From: Lama glama
Lineage: Eukaryota
Direction of reading: 5' to 3'
DNA length: 64,000 bases
Assembly (NCBI GenBank): GCA_028534125.1
Contig: CM052834.1
Span: forward strand, 2,480,001-2,544,000
A program made the position numbers and the translations under genes. The notes below the pieces were generated by a model. The model saw only the letters and a program-made list of their open reading frames with translations, did not search any database and had not been told where the DNA came from. Positions within the stretch are counted from its first letter, which is position 1. Each line of letters begins with the position of its first letter. Positions 46,621-59,565 of the stretch are shown here, one piece after another.

Positions 46621-47834
46621 ACAGGGCTGGAGGGGAGGAGGTTCAGTGACTCTGGCTACAGCTGCTGGAATTTGCTGGCCTGGCAGCCCCCAAAGGCAAG
46701 AGTGGTGGTCGCTAACCATCTGCTATACTGGAGTGTGGCCAGCCTGGAGGCAGGGATGGCACAGAAGCCCTCTGGAGGGCCTTCCTGCTTCAGGGTCTCC
46801 ATCTGCAGAGCAGGAGAAAGCACAGGAAGGCCTGAGAGGTGTCAGGCCACATGGCAGTGAGGTCTCGGAGCCTCCCCAGGGCAGACGTGGTGGGGAAGAG
46901 AATTGAGAGGAATGGTGGGGGGTTCCATCCACAGAGAGGCACCCAGGGGGCCCCTGCTGAGCAGATGTGGCCAGTCCAGCTTCACTCCCTGCTGTGCTGG
47001 CTGTCTGGTTTTGGGGACAGGCTGGCCTGAAGGGTTCAAGTACGGGAGCTGGTGTGCTGGCGTCTTCCCCGGTCCCTGCACTGCTCTCCCTCTGGGCTGG
47101 TCCCACTGGGGGTCCCTCCCACTCGCTCTGACCCTTAGCGGTCAACCGCTGCTGCCAGAACAGGGCAGCGAGGACTTGAGTGCACCTGTGTTGGGGGAGC
47201 CGCTTAGCGGGCCTCGGGGAGGATGGGCTGGAAGACTGCCTCTCAGTCACATGACCGCTGGCCTGTCTTCCTGCCCCTCTCCTCTGGATCTGCTGGACCC
47301 CTGCCCGTCAGAGCAGCAGGCACTTCATTTTAATCAGGAAGCACACGGCTCCTGGAGGCCTCCTTCCAGTTCTGTCCCTTGAGGTTTTCATGAGCTCCCC
47401 CTCACAGGGGCACTCACACCCCCTGGGCACTTTTATAGTAGTTATTTCCTTAGAGGTGCTGCTCTTCCTTCCCTTTGAAACTGTCCTCCTCTTCGGGAAG
47501 ATGGAGAGGACTGGTCCCTGTGGGACGTTGGGCCGTGCGGGCCGGGCTGGCGGCACAAATATGGGCTGCAGGGGAGGACGCGTGCAGACCCTCCTTGGAG
47601 GGGCCGCCCTCTGCCTTTGACTTCGGAGATGCCATGCTCTCCTGATCTTCCGTCTGCTCCTGTGCTCGCTCCATGCTGCTCCGTGCCCTGACCTGTTGTC
47701 CTTGAAAGATGCCCCTCTGGTCCTGCCCCCTTTTCTCTCTCTCCCTTGACAAACCTGTCCAGCCTCCTGATTTCAGCCGTGAGCTCTCGTTTACCATGCT
47801 TTTGTAGTGTGCAGTGCACCGTTACAAACAATAT

Positions 47835-48170
47835 CTGGGATGGCTGGTCCACTTTTTGGGTGAGAAAACTCAGGCATGGGATGACTAAGCCACAGTGTGG
47901 TTACACCTCATTCCCAAAATGCACGTCTGACGTTCCGGTGGGCAGACCCACGTCTGAGTTACCTGTGCGGTGAGTGGCCCTTCATTAGGGGCTCCTGGTG
48001 TCCCTCCCTCATCAGGCACTGTCCTCGGGGTTCACGTGTGCTGCTTGGTGTAGTCGCACATCAGCCCTGTGGGGAAGACGTCCTTATCTGCACTTTACAA
48101 AGGAGGGGACAGCGAGGTTGTGTTATTTACTCAAAGCCCCCGAGTGAGTGACGGAGCCAGACCCTGCATG
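47835..48170 (-). mobile_element. Two MIR fragments
   Basis: tccactttttgggtgagaaaactcaggcat and atctgcactttacaaaggaggggacagcgaggttgtg. Confidence 0.55.
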
Positions 48171-48429
48171 CTTTCCTCTCCCCGCACCTTGTTGATGAGC
48201 CGTGTGACCGCACGTGGTCAGGGCCACAGTGCTGGGAGGGTGGCCCGCCAACCGGTGATGGCTGCAGGACTGGCTGTCCGTGACGGTCCCGTGAGATCCC
48301 AGCATCCCTGCTTCCTTGAAAGGCCCACTGTGGTTCTGTGTTGTGAGTCTGTCTGAGCTGTCCTGACCTTAGCTGTGCTCACCCCTCGCCACCCTACGTG
48401 GTCACGAGCCCCTCGCCTTTACCCGGCGT

Positions 48430-48670
48430 GAAGAGCTGAACTACCTATTATTGGTTCTTCGATATTTTCTTTCAAGCTGCAGGTGTTGCCAGGGGTTCTG
48501 TTTCGGGATCTGTCAGACAGGCCTGTGCTGGCGCTCTTGTTGTCTGGTGTATTTTGCAGGCTCTCATCTAATCCTCTCATAGCTTTGTTTTTCCAGAATG
48601 AGGAGTTCCCAGCCTTGTGGGATCTCCCATCGCGTCTCCCGTTTTCACTTGCTGCTTGTGTGTCTGATGT
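48430..48670 (-). mobile_element. Old L1M fragment
   Basis: gtattttgcag...ttcccagccttgtgg...ccgttttcacttgc. Confidence 0.45.
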
Positions 48671-51384
48671 GTCTGGTGTGAGAGCACATTTCCCCAGTGG
48701 AGTCGGGGCACCCCCTCCCCAGAGCCGCCCACAGCCGGCACAGCCAGAACATCTCCCTGTGGCGCAGACTCACGGTGATGAGCCCTGTCCCTGCTCCCCC
48801 TCCCGGGCCCAGCCGCCCCTGCTGAGGTCAGCTTCTCAGTAGCCGCAAGTATGGCCCAGCCCAGGCTGGCTGGCTCGCTGCGCAGTGTGTCTGTCACACA
48901 GAACCTTTCCTGGTGCGATGATGGAGCGCCCGAGGCATGTGGAGCCTGGCTCTTGGACTTCTGTGCCAGTCATGGGTGCCAGGCCTGGGGACAGCCAGGT
49001 TAATGGCTGCAATGGGCATGACCTGCTCTGAGGAAGGGGCTCGGGGCCAGGAGGGGTTGCAGGTGGACCGAGGTGCACAGGGTGGCACCACGCCCAGCCC
49101 AGGCACTCTCTCCTCTCCTTCTGGCCTCCCCTTCCTTGTCAGCTCTTTTTTTCCTTCTTTGTCCTTTTTTCCCTCCCTCCTCCCATGTGTAGGGGGTCAC
49201 CACAATGATGGGTGTGGTCTGGTACCATCCCAGCTCAGGATTCATGTTCTGAAGTTTTCCTGCTTTTTTGCTTCATGCCAGCATGGATTTCTTAAAGAGG
49301 TTGCAGGCATGTTAGTGGTCCAAGGCTGTCTTTGGAGATGGCGAGGGAGCCTTGGCAACAGCAGAGACCACTTCCGGGACGACAGGAAGGAAAATCACAT
49401 TCAGCGCGCACCTGCCGGGCCCACCTGCTCTCACGTGGGCATCCGACACCTGAAAGACAGGGAAGTCACGTGCTGTTACCGTCCCAGCAATGAGCTGCCA
49501 TTGCAGGAGGTGAAGTCCACTTGCATGTGACACTGTCCCTGGTGTGTGTGACTGTGCCAGAGGGTGCAGGGAAGCGGGGTCCAGGTGTCCAGTGACCAAT
49601 CGTGACTGCTGTAGGGGCTCTGAGAGGGGAGAAGAGAGTTTGTTTCTGATTGTATAAATGCGTATGTGGTCGCTGGAGAATTTTAGAAGGAATATACAGG
49701 CAGAAAAATAGCCTGCGTTAGGATTACTTGTAACGCCACCACGCAGAGCCAGCCTCCCCTCGCCCTCGATGAGTTTCTAGGTGTGTATGTGGGAGGTTTT
49801 TTGGTTGCTAGGGACACCTTGAGTTAAAAGAAATAGAAGGACACAGAGGACACTGGGTTCACTTTCCCCCCGCCCCCCAGGCTGCCTGGGGCCTCCCACT
49901 TTGACTGTCTGCACCAGCTGGCTGCCCCTGGGGACTAGGCAGCCACTTAGCGCCGTGTCTGAGTGCCCACTGGAAAGGAGACCCTGCTCCTGGGGAGATC
50001 CTGCATGGTACGGGAACGCAGAGCCAGAAGTGGCTGGGACCCCAGTAGCTCGTGGGACAGCCCCCACCCCAAAGCGGAGGCCCCTGGCAGGTGGCCCTGG
50101 GGCTGTGCCCAGACTTCTAGTGGCAGCGCCATGTTGGTCTGCTCTGGCTCTCCGGGTGAATGAGGCCGAGGGATCGCTTTTCACCTGCGGATTCTGACTC
50201 TGGGTCCTCACTCTGCCCTCCAGAGCCTCGTGGAATAAGTCCCGACCCCTTGGACCAGGCTGCGCGTCTCACACTTAAACCTGCACCCGTGTTCCTTGCC
50301 ACTCCCCCAGGTCCTCCCCGGCCCGACACCCCCGGTCCCCACGCCCGTTCCCCGCAGGCAGGGCACTCTCACACCCCCCAGTGCTGCTGTGGCTGGAGAG
50401 AGGTGACGCCTCTGGCAGGGCTTCCGGGAGCAGGTGAGACGGAGCGGCGTTTGGAGGGCGGCGAGATGGGGAAGCCCATTCCAGGCCAGGGAATGGCACG
50501 CGGAATGCTCACCAGCGGCAGGTGTGCACACAGGCCTGCGTGAGAGTGAGCTCTCTCCCAGCCAGAGAAGTCCCCGCCCCCGGCCTCCCCCCAGCCCAGG
50601 CCCGTATATAGCCACCGCCCGAGTCCTGGAGCCTGGGGTGGGGCAGCCCCCCCACTGTACACATGCGGGGAGCCCGCCGCGAGCTGGGCTCCAGCCGACC
50701 CTCAGGGTCGCCTTGTCATCACAGCCGGAGTCAGCTGTTGGTTTGGGAAGCCTTCCCTGGTGTTTCACGGTGCGTAGCCAGAAATATAACCCTCCTGTTT
50801 GGCAGGAGTGTTGGATCTTGGCAGGCGTCCTCGTGGCCTATTTTAAACTGAAGGGAGCAGAGAGCGGTGCCTCTGGGCTGAGCCCGGGACCCTTTCCTCA
50901 CGGGGCCGAGGGGGCTGCCGGGGCTGGTCACTTTCTCCCTCCTTGGGCGGGCGGACTCCTGTCTTGGGGAAGGGCACAGGGCTGGGAGGTGGGGCTGTTT
51001 CAGGGCAGTCTGGAAGACGTTTTCATGATTGCACAGTGAGCCCTGGGCTGGCAGCGGGCGTCCTGGGCTGTCCGCTGTCCCTCTGCGATGCTGTGGACAC
51101 ATTCAAGCAGGCCGCCCTGCTTACCTTGCCATCTGGAAAATGGGGGCTCCTGTGGCTCCCATGACCTCAGCATGGTTTCGAGCACGTCCTGGATCTACCG
51201 AGTCCCTGTCATCCTGCTTCGTTTGCCAGTTACTCTCCCCAGCGGGCAAAGCCAACTCCAGATAGACAGGGGCTCCCGAGAAAACCAAATGGAAAGTTGA
51301 AGGGAAGGGGCAGCACAGGCTGCTCAGCTACTCTGGGGCTGCCACTGGCTCAGTGAATGAAATGACAACAGTGGCTTGTGAAGG

Positions 51385-51600
51385 ATCCAGCGTAGCCTGG
51401 TGCTTCAGAGCCTGGATTCTGGATTCCACTTGCCGAGCCCCTCCCCAGGCAAGCTCCCTGTTCTCTGTGAACCTCTGTTTCCCATGGGTCTATGGGGATG
51501 GTGCTGATACGCCCTCGAGACGTAGCGGGCACGCAGCGGGATGACGGGCCTGCAGGACGGCGCCTGCGGTAGGGCATGGCTGAATGAGCTCACTGCTGCC
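51385..51600 (+). mobile_element. MIR SINE
   Basis: cagagcctggattctgga...ggcaagctccctgttctctgtgaacctctgtttccc...atggggatggt. Confidence 0.65.
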
Positions 51601-53959
51601 TGGCTGCTGCTGTGACACTTCACAGGACGTCACCGTGGACAGGTGGTGCCAGCGATGATGCTGGAGCCGGTGGAGAACAGGCACCAGGATCAGCCTCGGT
51701 GGAAAATGATTGCCTCCTCACCACGGTCCACAGCGTGCCAGGTGGGGACTGGAGTCTGGTCGCGGCCCCACAGGAGCCCTGTCCCAGGGGTGGGATGCCG
51801 GTGGTGGTGCCGACAGGGTGTTCCTCCTCAGAAGGGGCTGCAGCATGTCAGGTCCCAAGGGGCAACGTGTCCCTGCACTATTTCCGTCCGCTGTGCCTCA
51901 GCCCAGTGGAGCCCACTCCTGGCCAGGGAGGTTGGTGGTGACAGCTCTGGAAATCCTGATGCACGATGGTCCAGGGTGAGGTCTGAACATCTGCAACACC
52001 AAAACCCTTCTTGGTGATTCTGATGCCCAGCAGAGGACTGGGGACAAGGACTGTGGAGGGACGGCGCATGGAACTTAGCCTGGCCCTGCTGCTGAGTCTG
52101 GGGCAATGGTGTCTGCCTCCGCGGGCTGGTGTGAGACTGAATGGAGCAGTGGGTCTGAACGCCCTAGTGCACAGGCCCTCGCCCTGGACGGCGGTGAGCT
52201 TTGAGACACCGGCCGGGCAGGGGCCTCTCCTCTGCCGGTCTGGGTGCTGGCTGCCTTCGGGGCTCAAGCTCCTCCTCCAGACCCTTTCAGGGCTTAGGGG
52301 CTCTCTTCTTTGCCCTCCCCGCCCCCTCCCACATCCCCAGCTTTGGAGACCTAAACATGGGGGACCTTCCTGTTTCAGAGGTGAGGGTGGCGGGGGAGAA
52401 CCGTCGGCAGGTCCACGGAGAATCGGTGCTGGGTGGGCCCTGCCCCTGGGTCAGGTTCAGAGGCGCCTTGTAGTCCCCCTGGGCCCGCGCTCCAGGCTCT
52501 AGACCGAGGGCCCGACACGTTTCTCCACCAGAAAGAGCGCAAGAGGGAAGGGCTTGCGCTCTGTCCTGTCTGTCCTGATGTCTCATGGTGCCTGGAGGCG
52601 CTCACTGGGTGCCAGGTACTGTTTCACGTGCTCTTGAACATTGACTTACTGTGGCTTCCTGACCAGCCCGAAGGCGGTCCTGTGAGTCAGCCCGCTGAAC
52701 AGACACGGAGCTGAGTCTCAGAAGACCTATGAGTTTCTCAGGGCTGTGCTTTCAAGGACGCCTTTCCCCAGTCCTGTCCTTTTCACGTGAATTCAGAATC
52801 AGTTTCCATTGACAGCCCTTCAGTGGTGAGAGCAGGCAGCACACACTCTCACGTGGACACTGCGGCCTGTGACCCCGCACTGGGGGTGGATGCTCTGTGC
52901 ACACGTGTGTTGACTGTTGAGCAAGCTGTATTTGTTGGTTTCTAGGGGACCGCGAGAGGCTGGAGAGAGGGCAGCAGCTGCCCCGTCGCTGGGAGAGCTT
53001 CTCTGACGCCAGCCTGCCCCCCGGGGGGGCTTCCTGCCGTGCTCACCAGCACCCCATGCTCCCCCAGAGCCCAGAATAGCAGTCTGCAGTCAAGAGGGTC
53101 AGTGAGGAGCCGGGCACATGGCTGGGCTGCAGGGCTGATGGGCGCAGGACAGTCAACCTTGGGGCTTGCGGCCTGGCCCCATCTGTCCCGCCAGCTCCGG
53201 GCTTTTTATAGAGAGGCCGCGTTAGGCAAGCCCGGTGAGTATGTGTGGGCCCTCATCTGACCGCAGCATGTGGACCCTTCGCAGGGGTGGCCTGAGGAGA
53301 CGAGGCCCCCGGGCTGACCTGGGTTTGAGTCTCGGCAGCAGCTGACGCGCCCTGCCCACGGCCGCCTCGCGTAATGGGAGCAGCCCGCCAGGGAGCTGAA
53401 AAAGGAAACGGCCTGCGCGGCTCAGCTCTATTATTAAACCTTTCTGCAGCGCTTTCTCCCCACTCAGCCTTCACCCCCACCAGGGTGAGACTGTCCCTGT
53501 GCCACCCTAGAGGGACGTGGCCGCCGTCGGTGTTGTAGGGAGGACGGTGTGGGGGCCCGTTTCAGTGTCATGGAGCTGCCAGTGGGATTCCCCTGCTCTG
53601 GAAGCGGAAGAAGGCCTGGCCTTCAGGAAGGGCTTCTTGGGGGCATCTTGCCTGCAGCCCAGAAGCCCGAGAGCCTTTCCGTCTGGGTCACCCTTAGAAC
53701 GAGGCAGCCTCTTTTAGACAATGTCCTCATGCAGGAAAGTAAACGAGCCTTTGAGGATTTGCAGTGCTGGGAGGAGGTGGCATCTCGCGGGTCTAGAGAT
53801 GAGTATAAGGTTCAGGAGGGGTGCCAAAGCTGGACCCCCCTCGTGGCTCTCAGGGACAGGCACCTACTCTTGTTAGTGTCCTGGAGTGGAAGAGTCTCTT
53901 GCCACTTACATCCTCATACGCTGTTTGCTGTCACCTACCCCTTTTTGTTTTCTTAAAAG

Positions 53960-54460
53960 AGGTTTTTTTTTGTTTTGGGTTTATTTTTTAAGAGCACTTT
54001 TAGGTTTACAACAAAATTGAGAGGAAGTCACAAGAGATGTCCCGTATCTCCCCTGCCCCCACACACGCACAGCCTCCCCCCACTCTCAACACCCCCACCA
54101 GACGGTACATTTGTTACCAAGGATGAACTGCCTTTGACACATCAGTCCCCCAGAGCCCATCGTTCACCTGAGGGTTCACTCTTGGTGTTGTGCCATCTGC
54201 GGATTTGACAGATGTGTCATGACACGTGTCCACCAACAGAGCGTCACACAGCGTAGTTTCACTGCCCTGAAAATAAGCCTCTGTGCTCCACCTGCGCACC
54301 CCCACCCCGAACCCTGGCAGCCACTGATGAATTTTCTGTCTCCACAGTTTTGCCGTTTTTGGAATGTCATATAGTTGGAATCACACAGGTTGTAGCCTTC
54401 GCGGACGGGTTTCCTCACTTAGCAGACGCGTTTACCATCCCTCCGCGTTCCATTGTTCAC
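53960..54460 (-). mobile_element. L1MC-type 3' end
   Basis: ttttaggtttacaacaaaattgagaggaag...ccccaccagacggtacatttgttac...gggttcactcttggtgttgt...tagtttcactgccctgaaaat...gaatgtcatatagttggaatca. Confidence 0.88.
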
Positions 54461-56039
54461 TCACCCCTTCTTTTATAGACGGCGGGGAAGCTGGCACCCG
54501 GGCTCGTCCAGTCCCCGATGAAGGCTCATTTACATAAGAGTTCCCACTCCCACCTCTTTTGTGGTCTTGTCCTTCGTCAGATTTGTCGGGTTGTTAGGGC
54601 CAGGGAGGTGATGATGATGAATGGGAAAGGGGGAGAGGCTGTGGGGGCCCAGCGGCTGGAGGGGGGACAGCCTGAGGCTGGCGGAGAGCTGGTGAGCAAG
54701 GCCGGAGTTACTGAGTCACAGACAGCGGTCACCTTGGCGTCTGCATGGGAAACGCCAGGCCTGGTGGCGGCGCACTTGGTCCGTGCCTCGGGAGGAGGAC
54801 GCGGCAGAGCCGCCAGGAACCTGGGCCGGGCCTGGGCAGGAGCGACCCCACGGCCGAGTGCCAGAGGCCAAGGCCACAGGCCTGGCGCTTGGTGCCTCTC
54901 TGTGCCTCGGGAGGTGTCTGGTTCCCCCCAGGAGGCGAGTGCGTTAAAAATAGCCGATGACGGACTGCAGCGAGAGCTGCTGCTGGTGTAATGGTCGGTT
55001 TTGAGAGTGCCCTGGCGAGGGCTGGGAGGATGGATGAGGTTAAATTTGGCCCTGTTGGCTGATTAGCATCTCTTGAGCCAGGTGCTAATCCCTTCAGGAG
55101 GTCAGATAAGCTCCCCAGTGGCTCCTGATCATGACTTTGAGGCCAGGTTAACTCTTTCACGGGGAGCCTCAAAGTCGTTACGGCTCCACGTTGTGCAGAA
55201 CAGAGCAGAAGCCGCTGTGGGGCTGGACTTCACGGGGGTCCGTCCAGGGGAGGGCCAGTTCCTGAAGTATGAGATGGCCTCTGCTCTGTGACCGTCTCTC
55301 CAACAAGGCCATCGCTCGTCCTGGGACTGCCCTGTAGGCAGTCCTGTGGGAAAGAGATGGTTCCCTTCTCCCTAGGAAGTGGCTCAGGCCCAGGGGAACC
55401 TGACCTGCTGAACATCAGGGCGACCTGAGTGGCACCACTGAAGGCCGGGGTCTCCCTCTCCTGGTCCTGTCTGTCAGCTCAACGGTCCGAGGAGTCAGAA
55501 CTCAGTTTCCAGTGACTTCTATACGTAGAAGCAGAAAGCATCCCCACTGCAGTTCTAGGCTTTGGGGGTTTCCGCTCCCACCCTGTCTGCTGGAGGCATA
55601 ACACCCACCTTTTGCAGAGGGAGAGTGGGTTTGTGGCCTTGCCCCCCAGGGACTTCTGGGGGCAACAGGTGGGAAGTGGTTACTGCTCTTCCTTGAAGTG
55701 CGGGGTCTGGCCTGACTTTCTTCTCCAGCCAGGGGTCCCACTCTATCTCCTGATGCCATGGAGAGGCCGTGCTCGTGGGTTTCTTGGAACCCCCTCTTTC
55801 CAGGACCTTGAGATCTGGTCCCTGTGGAGCCTTGTGCCCCCGATGGGCCATCCTCTGCTTGGTGGCCGTGTCGCTCTGGGCTCAGCTCACTCCCCCGGTA
55901 CGAAGCCTCGGCATCTGAGGACAGCAGCGGCTGCTTGTTCCATTATGAACTCAACTGGCTGATACCCGCAGAGACGCCGTGGGAATAAATTATCCCCAAC
56001 GAGCTCTCCGGTTAGAAGCCAGGCCCCTCCGCTGCTCAG

Positions 56040-56139
56040 NNNNNNNNNNNNNNNNNNNNNNNNNNNNNNNNNNNNNNNNNNNNNNNNNNNNNNNNNNNNN
56101 NNNNNNNNNNNNNNNNNNNNNNNNNNNNNNNNNNNNNNN
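56040..56139. other. Assembly gap (100 N, probably a placeholder of unknown size)
   Basis: Run of exactly 100 N. Confidence 0.99.
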
Positions 56140-56470
56140 AGAAAAAGACAGCTTTGCAGGAGGAGCTCTTCGCTGGTCTTGCAGGGTGAGCTGGGACAAG
56201 GAGGGCCTCCTTCCACGAATGGGATGCTTGGATGACGATGAAACTGGCCTCTCCGTTTTGCCGGCGCGAGATGGTTCCCAGCAGGTGCACTGGGAGGTGG
56301 GCCGTGGGCGGCCGTCGAGGACCTTGACTGTCAGGCCAGAGGGTGTGAGCTCCTCACACGCACGAGCAGTGGGGAGTCACGGAAGCTCTGAGCATAGAAA
56401 TGGCCTGGAAAAGCAGTTTTAGAAAGAAAAATTGAGAGAGGCAGAGAGGAGAGGGGAGCCAGGATAGTAT
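56140..56470 (-). mobile_element. L2 internal fragment
   Basis: gctttgcaggaggag...gggccgtgggcggccgtcgaggacctt...gcagtggggagtcacggaagctctgagca. Confidence 0.55.
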
Positions 56471-57239
56471 TGGCAAGAACAGGGTCTCAAGGGCCAGCTG
56501 AGAGGTTGGCACTTGCGGGTTTGGCTTGGCTCTGTCTCAGGTTGAATCTGCACCCTGGTGGTCCCTCCCATGGGCTTTGGGGGTCTAGGAAAGGAGAGCC
56601 TTGGGAAGATTCATTTTGGGTCTGAGTGCTGTGGGCCTGGGACATGTCCTTCCACCCAAGGATGTATTCTGGAGCTCGAAATCTCCCTGGTGTCCTCTCC
56701 ATTGGGATGGGAAGGAGAACCTACACTTCTAGAGGAGAGAGGCTCCGTGAGCATCTCCAGGGGTCGTGTGGCCCACCTCCTTCCAGGAACAGCTAAGGGC
56801 ACAGAAGCCTTCACCCCTTCCCTGGCTTGGGAGCTGTCGTTTGGCATTTGAGACTAAGACGGCAGGCGAATTGGTTCTCCTCCTCCTCTCCCTCCCGCCA
56901 AGGCTGCAAGGAGCTTGGGGTGGCCCTAGAACCAAGCAGCGTTAACAGCCCTGTGCCATGCCCGCCCCACCTTCCAGGCCCCGTACCCAGGGTCTTGTCC
57001 CGAGCCAAGATCCAGAGTGATGGCCTGGTCGAGAGCCCTCGGGCAGCCTCATCACATCCGCCTCGCTGCCTCTTGTCCCTTAGGTGAGATCCTGAGATCA
57101 GGTGGCTGACGCATGAGAGATGGTGACAGCCAGGCAGCCCAGCACCTGGGAGGCAGGAGGATGGACTCGTTCAATTAGAAAGCGCGTGTGGGTCTGAGCC
57201 CCCAGCGTCCTTGGAAAAGAGGACTTTCCGTGAGCGTCA

Positions 57240-57385
57240 CTCGGTACCAGGCACTGTGCTTATGCAACCCTGTGAGTTTGGTGGCATTGTCTCTGTTTTG
57301 TAAACGAGACATGACAGCCTAGAGGGGTCATGTTGCTTTTCTAAGTTTGCACAGCCGGGGTGGGGAATTTAACTCCCGTGAGCCC
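57240..57385 (-). mobile_element. MIR SINE
   Basis: ccaggcactgtgct...caaccctgtgag...ctctgttttgtaaacgag...gcctagagggg. Confidence 0.6.
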
Positions 57386-57611
57386 GTTGACATCATAGCC
57401 CATGCTCCTTCTTACTCTTTTTTTTGCCAAAGCTGTTCACCTCCTGCAGCGTTTTCTCTGTGCTGCAGCTCAGCACCCTCCACCACTCAGGGCCCCCGCG
57501 AAGCCTGAGAGGCTTAGTCCCGCTATGCCCAGCGCTGCTGGAGAGGAGCGCTCTCGAGGACCCGAGTCTCCCGAGTCCCGGCCTCCTCCCTCTGTCCCTC
57601 CCTCTGCAGAG

Positions 57612-58330
57612 GTTTACTGAGCCTTTAGCATGCAGCTGGCACCTGAGGGACACACACGGGGCAGGTCAGGGTCTCTAGCCTCCTGGCTGCCACATTCTAG
57701 TGGGAAGACGCGCACTCACAGGCACAACAGGCTGTCACGCAGGACGGGGTCGAGGAAAGCCTTAAGGGTAAGGGGGAAGCAGCCACGCGTCTACCTAAGG
57801 AGGAGCACCCTGACCCGGGGCACTCCCAGCGCAGAGCAGTGCAGGGTGTCAGGAGCTGGCGGAGGCCAGTGAGCAGGACCAGAGCATGGACAGGGAGAGG
57901 AAGGCAGAGGCCAGGTGGGGTAGGGTCTCGCAGGCCGTGGGGAGGGATTTGGGGTTTGCTCTACACGCGAGGGGAACCTCTAGCAATTTGAACAAGGGCC
58001 TTTCTGGCCGCTCTGTAGAGAACGGGTTACAGCCGGGCAAGAGGGGCAGCTGGGAAAACAGAAGATGATGGTGGAGGTTGGAGGGAGAGGTGGGGGTAGC
58101 CATGGAGACGGAGATGGAAATTGGAGGCAGCACCAGCAGGACTTGTGGGTGGGTGACGGGGGGCACGAGGGAGACCCTTGGGTTGCCTTGTCGGGCTTTC
58201 TGAGTGACCCTGTTGAGTGTGAGAGGTCTGTGAGGCGTCCGAGCGGAGGTAGGAGTGGGCAAGTGGGTGCAGGAGCGTGAGCCCAGCGGGGGGCCGCCCC
58301 ACGGCGCTCGGGGAAAGCAGTTCCTCAGGA
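57612..58330 (-). mobile_element. L2 element
   Basis: gtttactgagcc...cacattctagtgggaagac...ggaggccagtg...ggatttggggtttgctct...tctggccgctctgtagagaa. Confidence 0.75.
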
Positions 58331-58704
58331 CACTGTGACAGCCTGCGAGGTGCCCAGCACTTGGATGTGGTTCCTGGCATCGTTTGTGCTTAATAACGGC
58401 CCGTGGAAAGGAAGCAAGATGTTGCTTGAATGAGTCACACAGAGGAAGAACACTGGTAATCCTTGTGGTCACGTGCCTGGGGGTGGGGCTGGGGTGCAGC
58501 TGCGCTTGAAGTGACAGCGTTTCGGTGCCACTGGAGAACTTGGATACGCTCGGTATTCATGGCAGTGCTGGGCCCTCGTGGTCCTTGAGGGCAGGCGTGG
58601 AGGTACCCTTTCTCCCAGGGACCAGCCGGGTGCTGCGCAGACAAGTTGTACCGTCTTAGTTCCCTGCTGCCGGGAGCTCGCCTTTGTGGAAACGGGGAAA
58701 AGAC

Positions 58705-59300
58705 CTCTTGAGAGCCTACTATATGCGAGGCACTGTTGGAGATGCGGAGTGAGAGCTGACTTAGTTAAAACCAACGAAGAATGAGTACGTGGGACGAAGT
58801 GCGTTAGGTGCTGTGACGGAGGGAGCACCTGCTTCTGGTGCACAGAGAGGAAGGGAGGGAGGATGGAGCTCAGGCCCATCGTGGGAGGATGGGCACTGTC
58901 CAGCGGTAGGGGCTGGAGGGGGAAGAGCTCACGGAGAGGCACGCCGGCAAAGTCTTGGGGTGTATCACAGAGGGACTGGTACCCTGGATTGCGGAGATGG
59001 TGGCACACTAATGAGGAAGAGCCTGCAGGAGGTCTCAAGTGCATGCTGGGCTGAGGAGCTCCTGCCACATCCCGCAGGAGGCAGGAGCCCTCCGGGGTCT
59101 GGAAGATGAGGCGTGACGTGCCCCAGGTGGAGTGTTCAGATTGCGGTGGTGACAGAGTCGGGGAGGAGTGACCAATAGGGGTGCTTCCGGTGTTCTGGCC
59201 AAAGGGGTGAGACCAGGAACTGGACCGCGGGAGTGGAGTGGACAGTGTGGAGGCAGGAGAGCTGCAGGGGTGCGGCAGGAGGATTTGGCATGGGTGGGGG
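58705..59300 (-). mobile_element. L2 element
   Basis: ttgagagcctactatatgcgaggcactgtt...taggtgctgtga. Confidence 0.6.
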
Positions 59301-59319
59301 GCAGGAGGTGCCCGGCAGT

Positions 59320-59565
59320 GCTGATAAACATTTATGACGTCTTGCCGTGTTCTCGTTCTAAGAGCCTGAGAAGTTTCCTCCTTTTTAATCTTCACAGCAG
59401 CCTTGCAAGTGTGACATATAATTTTGAGGAGTTAGCATTTGGGTCCCCATTTTACAGATGGGGAGTCAGAGTCACAGAGTCAACTGGCACAAGGTCCCAC
59501 TGGGAAGGGGCAGAGCTGGGATTCGGAACCCAGGTCTCACTCCAGTCTGTGCTTTTAGCTGCTGG
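59320..59565 (-). mobile_element. Near full-length MIR
   Basis: aacatttatga...tttaatcttcacagcagcc...ccccattttacagatgggg...caaggtc...ggcagagctgggattcggaacccaggtct. Confidence 0.85.

Noticed and set aside
51627-51648. REST/NRSE-like CACCGTGGACAG
   Set aside because: The left half-site lacks TCAG and the 3' GCC is absent. The similar site near 46285 has non-canonical spacing.
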